Shown: positions 28,933 to 39,919 of the stretch, piece after piece
Numbering within the stretch: the stretch's first letter is position 1
Layout: each line of letters begins with the position of its first letter
NCBI GenBank assembly: GCA_024401695.1
Contig: JAKSKN010000008.1
Span: 2,871-66,870 of the forward strand
Direction: 5' to 3'
Length of the DNA stretch: 64,000 nt
From: Bacteroidales bacterium
GTDB taxonomy: Bacteria; Bacteroidota; Bacteroidia; Bacteroidales; UBA932
Made by a program: the position numbers and the translations under genes
The notes under the pieces: generated by a model
Told to the model about the DNA's origin: nothing
The model's input: the letters and a program-made list of their open reading frames with translations, nothing else
The model's database searches: none

Positions 28933-30510
28933 ATGAGCCCTAATCTAGGAGCGTTACCTCTGTCTCACGACCTTCTGCTCAAGTCAAAATTGGGTATGTG
29001 GGCCTTCGAGCTTGATGAAGGAAAGGCGCCGAGGATGTATGTCGATGAAGCGATGCTCTCGCTCATCGGACTTACAGAACAGATTTCGCCTGAAGACACA
29101 TATCACGCCTGGTACGACCACGTTGACCCCGCCTACTACGGCCTTGTCGAAGAAGCGGTGGCGAAGATGTCCGCCGGACAGCACGCTGAAGTCAAATACC
29201 CCTGGCACCATCCTGACGGACGTGTGTTCACCGTCCGCTGCGGAGGGGTCAGGAACCCGGCTTACACCGCAGGTGTGCGCATCGAGGGCTGCCATCAGGA
29301 CATAACCCAGATCCAGAGTTTCACGATGGAGTTCAAGGAGCAGAGGCAGCGTCTCGAAACCGACTACCAGACCATCCAGGGACTCTCCAACGAGTATGAC
29401 ATACTCCATCTTCTCAACCTTGAGACCGATGAATTCACTCCGTTCTACATCGAGAACGTGAATATGTTCGACACTGAGTTCCTCCTCGCAAGCTTCGAAG
29501 GGTTCTACAACGCAATGAAGGCATCCATCACAAGCATAATCCACCCGGACCACCTTGAAAGGATGCTCAAATACTCGGACAAGGAACACATCAGGCGCGC
29601 ACTGAGGCACAAGAGCAGGGTTGTCGAGCGCGTACTCGTAAAGAACATAACCGGAGAATATATCTGGTGCGATTTCGTCCTCATCAAGTTCGATGACATC
29701 GACTGCGAGCCTACCAGGATAGCTGTCGGCTACATAAATGTGGACGAAGAAATGAAGGCGATGATTGCGGAACGCAACCGTATCGAGGACATCGAAAGAA
29801 AGGTCGAGGAAGAAAGGCGCGCAAAGGAATCCGAAGAGGAAAGGTACAATTTCCTCATCAATGTCGCCCACGAGATCAGGACTCCCCTCACCCTCATTCT
29901 GGGTCCGCTGGGAAGATTCCTCACCACGGAACAGCTTTCCGAAAAGGGTTTGAAGACAATATCACGCGTACGCCAGCAGGCCAACAGGATAAACATCCTG
30001 CTCGACACCGTCCTCACCAGCAACAAGATGGAGGAAGGCAGCGGTGAGATATGCCCGGAGCCCGTCAAGTTCAACGAATGGCTGCAGCGGAATGCCGATG
30101 ACTTCATCGAGGAGGTCGCCAATCGCGAGATGACACTTGAATGCAGCTTCGACACGTCGCTCGATATCGTGGATATGGATGAGCATCTGTGCACGATCGC
30201 CCTGTCCAACCTCATCATCAACGCGATGAAGTTCAACGAGCCGGGCTACCCTATCCTGATATCAAGTTCGTTGTCGGAAGATGGCGGAATGGCCAGGATA
30301 AGTGTCAAGGACCACGGAGCTGGCATCGGTGACGTGGATGTCAACAAACTGTTCGAGCGCTACTACCGCGCCACTGAAGACAAGACAGGTTTCGGCATCG
30401 GACTGTTCTACTCGCGGAACATAATAAGTGCGCACAACGGCAGGATTGGCGCCTATAACAATGAAGACGGATCCGGAGCAACCTTCTGGTTCGAACTTCC
30501 AATCAATTGA
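28933..30510 (+). CDS. Cytoplasmic PAS-domain sensor histidine kinase
   Basis: PAS-fold-like N-terminus, NVAHEIRTPL H-box, NLIINAMKF, VKDHGAGI, GFGIGLF; no TM or receiver. Confidence 0.88.
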   Translation: MSPNLGALPLSHDLLLKSKLGMWAFELDEGKAPRMYVDEAMLSLIGLTEQISPEDTYHAWYDHVDPAYYGLVEEAVAKMSAGQHAEVKYPWHHPDGRVFTVRCGGVRNPAYTAGVRIEGCHQDITQIQSFTMEFKEQRQRLETDYQTIQGLSNEYDILHLLNLETDEFTPFYIENVNMFDTEFLLASFEGFYNAMKASITSIIHPDHLERMLKYSDKEHIRRALRHKSRVVERVLVKNITGEYIWCDFVLIKFDDIDCEPTRIAVGYINVDEEMKAMIAERNRIEDIERKVEEERRAKESEEERYNFLINVAHEIRTPLTLILGPLGRFLTTEQLSEKGLKTISRVRQQANRINILLDTVLTSNKMEEGSGEICPEPVKFNEWLQRNADDFIEEVANREMTLECSFDTSLDIVDMDEHLCTIALSNLIINAMKFNEPGYPILISSSLSEDGGMARISVKDHGAGIGDVDVNKLFERYYRATEDKTGFGIGLFYSRNIISAHNGRIGAYNNEDGSGATFWFELPIN

Positions 30511-30537
30511 CCAAAGCGATATCCATTTTAGAAAAAT

Positions 30538-30894
30538 ATGACAGTTCAGGATTTATACAACAATCTGCACGGCGACTTCCAGGAGGCCTGCAAACGCCTT
30601 CTCAACGAGAAGATGGTCGCCAATTTCGTACTTAAATTCCCAGCAGACCCTTCTATGCAGCAGCTTCGCGACGCAGTTGCCGCACACGATATCGAGACTT
30701 CATTCCGTGCCATCCACACGTTGAAGAGCGTCTCCGGCGTCCTTTCCTTCACTCAGCTTTACAAAGTCGCCTGGGACCTCACCGAACAGCTCCGCCCGCG
30801 CCTGGACGAGGCGGATCCCGCACTTCTGGAGCTTGTCGAGAAGGAATATGCCGTGTGCATCAACGCCATCAAGGAGTTCGCCGAAAATCAGTAA
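30538..30894 (+). CDS. Stand-alone Hpt phosphotransfer protein
   Basis: FRAIHTLKSVSGVL (H-x-L-K-G/S Hpt motif), 118 aa. Confidence 0.82.
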   Translation: MTVQDLYNNLHGDFQEACKRLLNEKMVANFVLKFPADPSMQQLRDAVAAHDIETSFRAIHTLKSVSGVLSFTQLYKVAWDLTEQLRPRLDEADPALLELVEKEYAVCINAIKEFAENQ

Positions 30895-30948
30895 TCTGAA
30901 ATTTGTTTCAAACAAACATTAATACATCAACTAATAATTTATTTCACT

Positions 30949-31122
30949 ATGGTAGGAAAAATTATCTACATCCTTGGCATCATCGCAGCCATCTGGTGTG
31001 TTCTTGACATCTGGAAAAAGAACCTTGACCTTCTTAAGAAGATTCTCCTTACTGTGCTCGTCCTCGCGTGCAGCTGGATCGGCATCGCCATCTACTACTT
31101 CCTCATCAAGGACAAGATCTAA
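30949..31122 (+). CDS. Small two-TM membrane protein (PLDc_N-like), not in the ORF track
   Basis: Translated by hand: MVGKIIYILGIIAAIWCVLDIWKKNLDLLKKILLTVLVLACSWIGIAIYYFLIKDKI*, 57 aa. Confidence 0.75.
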   Translation: MVGKIIYILGIIAAIWCVLDIWKKNLDLLKKILLTVLVLACSWIGIAIYYFLIKDKI

Positions 31123-31147
31123 TTTCTATTAATCATCAGAAATAACG

Positions 31148-31180
31148 AAAAAGGGGGCGGCTTCAGGCCGTCCCCTTTCT
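31148..31180. terminator. Bidirectional intrinsic terminator
   Basis: AAAAAGGGGGCGGC-TTCAG-GCCGTCCCCTTTCT between convergent genes. Confidence 0.8.
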
Positions 31181-31201
31181 GTATTATGTGTCAAGCAATG
31201 A

Positions 31202-33403
<2,202 letters not shown>

Positions 33404-33538
33404 TTATTATTGAATTGGCATTTATGTATCGGATGGTCTAAGATACAACTTTTCTTCTTAAAATACGGCAAAAATTATACCATTTTTAAGCAACGTTCAA
33501 GGGATTTGCTGCATCTATATTTCAAAACAAGTCCAATT

Positions 33539-33841
33539 ATGCAGCCTAGAATAATAACCCTTTTCACAGTTCTCGTCGGATACTGCCGCCAGACACGCTG
33601 GATCATCAACCGCCAGTTCATCAAGAACCTCTCTCTCAAGACCCTCATCGCCATCCGCTCCGGAGAGATTTCCGAGAAGCGTCTTCTCTACATCGTGAAC
33701 ATCGCACTCAACTGCGGTTTCCCTGTCAGCAAGAACAACTACGGGCTGGAGACGATAGTTTTCGAAGTCTACAACAAGGTTGCCCACACCGATGAATTCG
33801 AGCGCAGCCGCGAATTCGGATTCAGTATGGAGGCTCTGTAA
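33539..33841 (+). CDS. Hypothetical protein
   Basis: Genome-typical codon usage in the 3' two-thirds; start uncertain; family not recognised. Confidence 0.5.
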   Translation: MQPRIITLFTVLVGYCRQTRWIINRQFIKNLSLKTLIAIRSGEISEKRLLYIVNIALNCGFPVSKNNYGLETIVFEVYNKVAHTDEFERSREFGFSMEAL

Positions 33842-33870
33842 TTATCCGATATTTTTCGTACCTTCGTGAC

Positions 33871-34578
33871 ATGATACAGACAAGATCCTATCACGGAGCA
33901 ATAATTGACGAATGTGTAGCAGAAGGTTCCAATAAGATAGCATACCTGATATTACCTGAACGTCTGGACGCCGACGGACTCAGATGGATCGAAAGGACTT
34001 CGGCATCCTACAACATTTCAATAGCCATAATCTCCGGCATCGACTGGAACAATGACCTTACTCCCTGGGTGGCCGACAGCCTCGGCAAGAAGGATATGCC
34101 TTTCCGCGGTCACGCCAGTTTCTTTCTGGGTACATTCATCAAGGATTACCTGACCAACATCGAGGACCGGCTCAATATCGCCAAGGCCTCCAGGACGCTG
34201 GTCGGCGTATCACTGTCGGGCCTCTTTGCCTTGTGGACCGCCCATAACTGCGATTCGTTCGACAACATCGTTTCCATATCCGGGTCTTTCTGGTACGATC
34301 ATTTTGCAGAGTGGGTCCAGGGACACGACATCTTCAAGCCTCTTGACCGCGCATACATCGCGATCGGAGACAAGGAAAAGAAGAACAAGGATCCACGCCT
34401 CAACAATCTTCTCCCCTGCACCGAAACCATCGTTGAAGATATGCGGAAGAAGGCCAGCCGCCTGAAGTTCGAGATCGAGCCCGGCACAAGCCACTTCTCA
34501 TCCATCATCCCAAGACTCGAAAAGGCTTTCGACTACATCTATTCAAGCAAGACCGAAGGCGACGGTGACGATGACTGA
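33871..34578 (+). CDS. Alpha/beta hydrolase-fold esterase (IroE/Fes-like)
   Basis: DWNNDLTPW, GVSLSGLFA, SISGSFWY, IGDKE. Confidence 0.78.
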   Translation: MIQTRSYHGAIIDECVAEGSNKIAYLILPERLDADGLRWIERTSASYNISIAIISGIDWNNDLTPWVADSLGKKDMPFRGHASFFLGTFIKDYLTNIEDRLNIAKASRTLVGVSLSGLFALWTAHNCDSFDNIVSISGSFWYDHFAEWVQGHDIFKPLDRAYIAIGDKEKKNKDPRLNNLLPCTETIVEDMRKKASRLKFEIEPGTSHFSSIIPRLEKAFDYIYSSKTEGDGDDD

Positions 34579-34637
34579 TAAAGAACGAGGGTGACTCTGA
34601 CCGTTCTGAGCAAGTTGCTATAACTCAATAAAATAAA

Positions 34638-34674
34638 CGAAATGACCCCCACGAAATTCAGAGGGGTCATTTCG
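34638..34674 (-). terminator. Probable terminator hairpin
   Basis: CGAAATGACCCC-N13-GGGGTCATTTCG, followed by TTTATTTT on the minus strand. Confidence 0.6.
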
Positions 34675-34717
34675 CGTAATTATTGTTATATCAGTTACTT
34701 CCACAGAACACAAGTGA

Positions 34718-34908
34718 GCAGAGCTTCGCAGCGGGCAGCAGCTTGCCTGTCAGAGGCGTGTCCACCCCCGGACACGGGCAGGGGGAAGGGTCCGCCGGAG
34801 ACAAGTTATCGCGAAGCGATGACGCAGGAAACGGTGGAAGGGGCCGGAGCGAACGAATGTGAGCGGAGTCCTCTGACAGGCAAGCTGCTGCCCGCTGCGA
34901 AGCCCTGC
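34718..34908. repeat. 191-bp inverted-repeat (MITE/REP-like) element
   Basis: 34-bp perfect inverted repeat (34723-34756 / 34870-34903), extendable to 39 bp with one mismatch; internal hairpins. Confidence 0.8.
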
Positions 34909-34940
34909 AAATTATCATTTGCTGCGAAGCTATGAAATTA

Positions 34941-37532
34941 TCATTCGCTGATGATATGGATATCCCGCTGAGGGAACGGAATCGATATCTTGTGTTCGCC
35001 GAGTGCGTTGTAGATGATCTCACTGGCCTTTGAGACATAGGATGATTTCTCGGACACAAGCACGTATTGCTTCACCGCCACATTGACCGAACTGTCACCG
35101 AAAGACTCGAACACGACGGAAGTGTCACGCTTCGGGTCCACGATTTCACGGCCATACTTATCCTTGACACGGAGACCGGCCAGAGCCTCGAGCAGTACAC
35201 TGCGGACCTGATCGATGTCGGAACCATATTCCACACCCACAACGATCTTGACGAACTCATAGCTGTTGTTGCGCGTGAGGTTCTTGAAATTCTTATTGAA
35301 AAGCGATGTATTGAGGAAAGACATCACGGCGCCGTCTATCGTTTCGATCTGGGTGCTCTGATAGCTGATTGCGGTGACCTTGCCCCTGATACCGTCACAC
35401 TCCATCCAGTCCCCCACACGCAAGCGGCCGGACATAAGCTGGATGCCATAGATGAAGTTGTTGAGGATATCCTTCATCGCAAGACCGATACCGGTCGCCA
35501 GGCCCGCGGCAATGATGGAGACAGCACCCATCGGAATCTTCAGCAGGAGAACCACAACGACGATATAAATGCCCCAGACAATGATGGCGATCACATTGTT
35601 TGCCAACGTGAGGTTGATCTCATTCGCCATCACGTGCTCCCTGTCGTTCTTCATTCGGAAGCCTTCGATCTTGAGTTCCCTGTACATTGCCTTGAAGGCA
35701 TAGCTTCCGAAATTGAAAGCAAAATACAGGCATACGACAAGGACGATCTTGTAGAATGACAGGTGGAAGATCACAGAGCCATCCTTTGTCGTGAAGTCAA
35801 AGAACGGTTCATAGAAGATGGTGTTCCATATCTCCTTGAGGTCAAAGACCGAAAGTGCCTGGTTGATGCAGACCGCCAGCGAGACCACGCTCGCGACCGG
35901 AATCACCACCATCCTGACAAGGTCGTACAGCCAGGTGATGTTGAAGAAATCTCCGTTTGACGCAGTCGCACCTGAGATTTTTGATTCCTTCTTCGCCTTG
36001 TCGAGCTTGTGACGCAGAGTGTTTTTCTTGAATGCATCAAGGATGATGTTCAGGGCGCTCACGATAGCTACCACCGACAGCTGGAACAGCCACCAGATAA
36101 GGACAATGAGCGAAAGCATAGTCAGCCCGGCCCAGGAAAGCCCTGTAACCACGGCAAGCACAAGAAGGCTGATATAACTTACAATGCTGTCAATCTTGTC
36201 GGCCTTTCCTCTGTATCTGACATTCTCGGCCAATTGCCAGAAGAATACGGCGAGAAGTGCAGGAGGGAAAAGAATGTTCATCATTCTGTTCGGGAGGAAC
36301 AGAATACGCAAGGCGACTACCATTATGCCGGCAAGAATGACAGGCATGTAAAGTTTCAGTCCCAGATTGATATTCTTCGGATCAGGACGCACAAGCATCG
36401 AGAGGAAGATTGCCCCTATGATAAGGGACAAAGTCAGGAGACGCTCCGACGCCATCAGGAAAAAATGATTCTCCATCGAGAAATGGACTATCGAAACGGC
36501 GATAAGGAAAACCAGGATACCCAGGAAGAACACGGCACACATTCTCCTCGGAGCGAAATCCGCGCTGCTGAAATAGCTGACATATTTCCTGAGGATCCTG
36601 AAGATCAGGATGCCCAGCCACGTGGCGACAGCCAGGCAGATGATGATGATGAACAGGAATCCGCTCACGACAGGGCCCCTCCACTCGCTTCCTCTCAGGC
36701 TTTCGTCATTGGATATGTTACGGCTGTACTTGACCTCCGAGTCATTGACCGCATTACGGAAATATGACGGGAAGGAGAACAGAACCTTGAAGAAATTGTC
36801 CTTGCTCTTGAAGAACTCATTCTTCTGGAGGGCGGCATATCTCTCGTGCGCATAATCATACGATTCCTTCAACCGCTCGCTCGCCTCATCATAATACTTG
36901 TTGTCCGCAACTATCTTGTCCTTCTGCTCCTGATACATCTTCAGGAGGCGGCTGGCATACATAATGCAGGAGTCCCTGTCTTCCTGTCCTGACTCGTCAA
37001 GGACGAAAGCATACGCTCCGGCGCGTGCTATGCTGTCCAGCTCAGGCGACAGATTCTGGAAGACCTGCAGTGAGTCATTGTGATACTCAAGGCTGTCCGG
37101 CACTTCTTCGAGGTCCGTCCTTTCGGGAGGAAGCCTGCGGAGAGATTCGATCAGACGGGAATACCTGACGATCTCGACATCCATCCTGTTGGTTATCTCA
37201 TCGAAAGGCAGTCTCTTCTTGTTGAAGGAATCATACTCTTTGGTCACTTCCTTCAGAGCATAAGCAATGTCAAAGGTATAGTCCTGGCTCTGGGAATATA
37301 GCATCAGGGAGAGTTCGTTGCACTTCTTGAGTGTCTCGATAATCTTTTCGTGCTGTGCGAGCTCCCGTTTCTGAAGGCTTTTCGTATGAAGGTCGCTCTT
37401 TGAGCACTCCTGCTTCAGTTCGAAACGGAGGACGGAAAGAGTGTGCGCAAGATTCTTCTCGTTGAACACCGCCCAAAGCGGCATTGCAACGAGTAATGCG
37501 GATATTGCCAGAATGATACCTTTTCTCTTCAT
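34941..37532 (-). CDS. MscS-family mechanosensitive channel with large N-terminal exported domain
   Basis: GLATGIGLAMKDILNNF, RVGDW, FGDSSV, IPFPQRDIHI; many TMs. Confidence 0.9.
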   Translation of the reverse strand: MKRKGIILAISALLVAMPLWAVFNEKNLAHTLSVLRFELKQECSKSDLHTKSLQKRELAQHEKIIETLKKCNELSLMLYSQSQDYTFDIAYALKEVTKEYDSFNKKRLPFDEITNRMDVEIVRYSRLIESLRRLPPERTDLEEVPDSLEYHNDSLQVFQNLSPELDSIARAGAYAFVLDESGQEDRDSCIMYASRLLKMYQEQKDKIVADNKYYDEASERLKESYDYAHERYAALQKNEFFKSKDNFFKVLFSFPSYFRNAVNDSEVKYSRNISNDESLRGSEWRGPVVSGFLFIIIICLAVATWLGILIFRILRKYVSYFSSADFAPRRMCAVFFLGILVFLIAVSIVHFSMENHFFLMASERLLTLSLIIGAIFLSMLVRPDPKNINLGLKLYMPVILAGIMVVALRILFLPNRMMNILFPPALLAVFFWQLAENVRYRGKADKIDSIVSYISLLVLAVVTGLSWAGLTMLSLIVLIWWLFQLSVVAIVSALNIILDAFKKNTLRHKLDKAKKESKISGATASNGDFFNITWLYDLVRMVVIPVASVVSLAVCINQALSVFDLKEIWNTIFYEPFFDFTTKDGSVIFHLSFYKIVLVVCLYFAFNFGSYAFKAMYRELKIEGFRMKNDREHVMANEINLTLANNVIAIIVWGIYIVVVVLLLKIPMGAVSIIAAGLATGIGLAMKDILNNFIYGIQLMSGRLRVGDWMECDGIRGKVTAISYQSTQIETIDGAVMSFLNTSLFNKNFKNLTRNNSYEFVKIVVGVEYGSDIDQVRSVLLEALAGLRVKDKYGREIVDPKRDTSVVFESFGDSSVNVAVKQYVLVSEKSSYVSKASEIIYNALGEHKISIPFPQRDIHIISE

Positions 37533-37535
37533 CTG

Positions 37536-39446
37536 CTATCTTACAATGATTACTGCGCCGTCGTTCACGGCAATCTGCAGAGGTTTCCTGAACTTGAGCA
37601 CTTCTGAAGTCTCTCCCTTCACCGTTGCTATGACACGGGCTTCAGCGCCACCCAGACGGGCAACGATGGCCTTTACGTCGAGATTCAGAGGAGCCTCGAC
37701 CGCATTGACCGCACCTACATACCAGGTGTCGCCATTGCGCCTGGCAATGACGGCGTTTTCACCCGGCGTACCGTCGAGATACCTCGTCTCATCCCAGGTC
37801 GTAGGCACCTCGGTAAGGAAATCAAGCGCCAGCTTTGGTGCATCCGTAAGGTTGTTCGGGGCAAGCGCGAAATTCTGGATCGGGTTCTGGAAAATGACTG
37901 CCGTCGCGAGCGAAAAGGCATCCGTCGTGCGGCGGATGTTACCGCGGACACGTCCGCGGGCATCAGGCTGGCCGTTCAGTCGGTCCATCCTCTCATTGAG
38001 GAACGATCCGCCATACTCCATACAGCCGACGGCATTGCGGATGAAAGGATGCAGCGACGCGCACTGAGCCTCGATATCACAGTCGTACTGACTGAAAATA
38101 AGATTTTCGGAGGCACGCACGGCTTCGCTTCCGACATAGTTCGGATACATTCTCTCCCAGCCGCGAGGCAAGGTGCAGCCGTGGAAGATGACCATAAGGC
38201 CGTGGTCGTCGGCATCGCTGAGGATGCTCTCGTAGTGACGCATCGTCTCCTGCTTGTCGCCGCCGAAGAAATCAACCTTGATGCCCTTCACGCCCACCTT
38301 CTCAAGCCAGGCCATCTCACGCTTGCGCAGAATCGGATCGCTCATTATGTTGATCGGGCCCTGCTCGATGTCATTCCACCAGCCGCTTGAAGAATACCAA
38401 AGCAGGACGTCAATGCCCTTTGAGTTGGCATAATTCACGAGATCGGGAATCCTTTCACGGGTTATGTTCACGTCCCACCAGTTGTCCACAAGGACATACT
38501 TGAAGCCCATTGCCGCTGACAGGTCGATGTATTTGACCTGGTCATCGAAATTGATGGAGTTGTCCTGCCAGAGAATCCAGCTCCAGGTTCCCTTGCCGAA
38601 ACTGTATTTGTGGGAGCTCTCATAACGGGGTTCGACCACATCAAAAGGAATCGTGGTCTCGACTATCGGGGCCAGGTCAAGTCCTACCGTGATGGTCCTC
38701 CACGGAGTCGCGCCCGGAAGGGCGAACGCAGGCTCGACCGTGCCGTTGCCATTGTTCTCCTCCGGCATAGGGAATTCAAGCTTGTAACCCTTGCCTTCCG
38801 TGTAGTCGGAAAGGCGCGAGCCGCAGTAGCGACTGTCAACGCCGGTTTCGCTGACAAGCACCCAGCCGGCCCCGCCCACCTTGAACAGGCAAGGGAAAGT
38901 GTATCCGTGGCCGAACTGTGACTTTTCGGCCATCGGGGCGTCAAGCTTGTAATACTCCTCATAGCTCGGCTTGGTGCGCTTCCAGCCCACCATCGCATCG
39001 CTCTGCGGGCACATATACGTAGTCGTACCCTCCGGGAAATTGAACCAGGTCTGCTCGTCGAGCACCCTCACGCTGCCCGTCTCCCCCGTTTTCGGAAGCA
39101 CGTAGCGGAAGGCGACATCGTTGTTGAAAACATAAAACTCGACAGCCAGGCCGTGCGGCTGCTTGTCAACCCCGTATTTCAAGAATGCGTGCGTAGCTTC
39201 CTTGCAGACGCTGCCGACCTTGATGCGGTCAAGCTCATACGATACAGTCGTACGTTCCTGTGTGAGTTCGAATTCACTCAGACCGGTAAAATCCGCGCAG
39301 TTGGTCCTGATGCCGAAATGCGACGGCGCCACGAGCTGCTGGTCATCATAGGAAATGCTGTAGACAGGACCGTCCACGGTAACTTTCAGGCGGGAATCAG
39401 GGCTTGCAATCACAACGGCAAGCAGGGCGGAAATCAAAAAGTTCAT
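37536..39446 (-). CDS. Glycoside hydrolase family 97
   Basis: SPDSRL N-terminus, GIKVDFF, FHGCTLPRGWERMYPN..GSEAV, WDETRYLDG. Confidence 0.92.
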   Translation of the reverse strand: MNFLISALLAVVIASPDSRLKVTVDGPVYSISYDDQQLVAPSHFGIRTNCADFTGLSEFELTQERTTVSYELDRIKVGSVCKEATHAFLKYGVDKQPHGLAVEFYVFNNDVAFRYVLPKTGETGSVRVLDEQTWFNFPEGTTTYMCPQSDAMVGWKRTKPSYEEYYKLDAPMAEKSQFGHGYTFPCLFKVGGAGWVLVSETGVDSRYCGSRLSDYTEGKGYKLEFPMPEENNGNGTVEPAFALPGATPWRTITVGLDLAPIVETTIPFDVVEPRYESSHKYSFGKGTWSWILWQDNSINFDDQVKYIDLSAAMGFKYVLVDNWWDVNITRERIPDLVNYANSKGIDVLLWYSSSGWWNDIEQGPINIMSDPILRKREMAWLEKVGVKGIKVDFFGGDKQETMRHYESILSDADDHGLMVIFHGCTLPRGWERMYPNYVGSEAVRASENLIFSQYDCDIEAQCASLHPFIRNAVGCMEYGGSFLNERMDRLNGQPDARGRVRGNIRRTTDAFSLATAVIFQNPIQNFALAPNNLTDAPKLALDFLTEVPTTWDETRYLDGTPGENAVIARRNGDTWYVGAVNAVEAPLNLDVKAIVARLGGAEARVIATVKGETSEVLKFRKPLQIAVNDGAVIIVR

Positions 39447-39919
39447 CGTTCAGTGTATTTATCGGCGCCCTTGTGCCAGAAGCGGTGGGTGATATCCTCC
39501 CGGTGAAGGTAAAGGCGCTGGTTGGTTGTCCGTTCATTCAACGGGCCGTATTCGGCAATATATGGCCCGACTTTTACATAATCGAACGCCTCGTAGAGCT
39601 CAGGCTCCACTTCTTCGCGTCCGGAATAGATCGCCCGCGCGATGAACGGGTGTCTGGTGCGGAGGTGCTCCGCAATGGCAAGCACCGCCGCAGGGTCCTT
39701 CCCCTCTCCCAGCAGCAGGAAGCAGTTCACGCCGAAATTGGCTGCAATCAGGGCGTCGACGACGCCAGGCGTCAGTTCTTCGCCTATGTCCTGCCTCAGG
39801 AATGGGGAATGGCATCCTACGCAGGAACCCTGGCAGTTGGATATCTCAACTGCCAGGGTCACTTTGTCCGGGATCTCCTCGAGGACGATATTTGTCATCC
39901 TCGGAACGTACTTAAGCAT
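39443..39919 (-). CDS. nrdG: Anaerobic ribonucleotide reductase activating enzyme (radical SAM)
   Basis: CQGSCVGCHS (CxxxCxxC), KVGPY, TTNQR; directly after nrdD. Confidence 0.9.
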   Translation of the reverse strand: MLKYVPRMTNIVLEEIPDKVTLAVEISNCQGSCVGCHSPFLRQDIGEELTPGVVDALIAANFGVNCFLLLGEGKDPAAVLAIAEHLRTRHPFIARAIYSGREEVEPELYEAFDYVKVGPYIAEYGPLNERTTNQRLYLHREDITHRFWHKGADKYTER

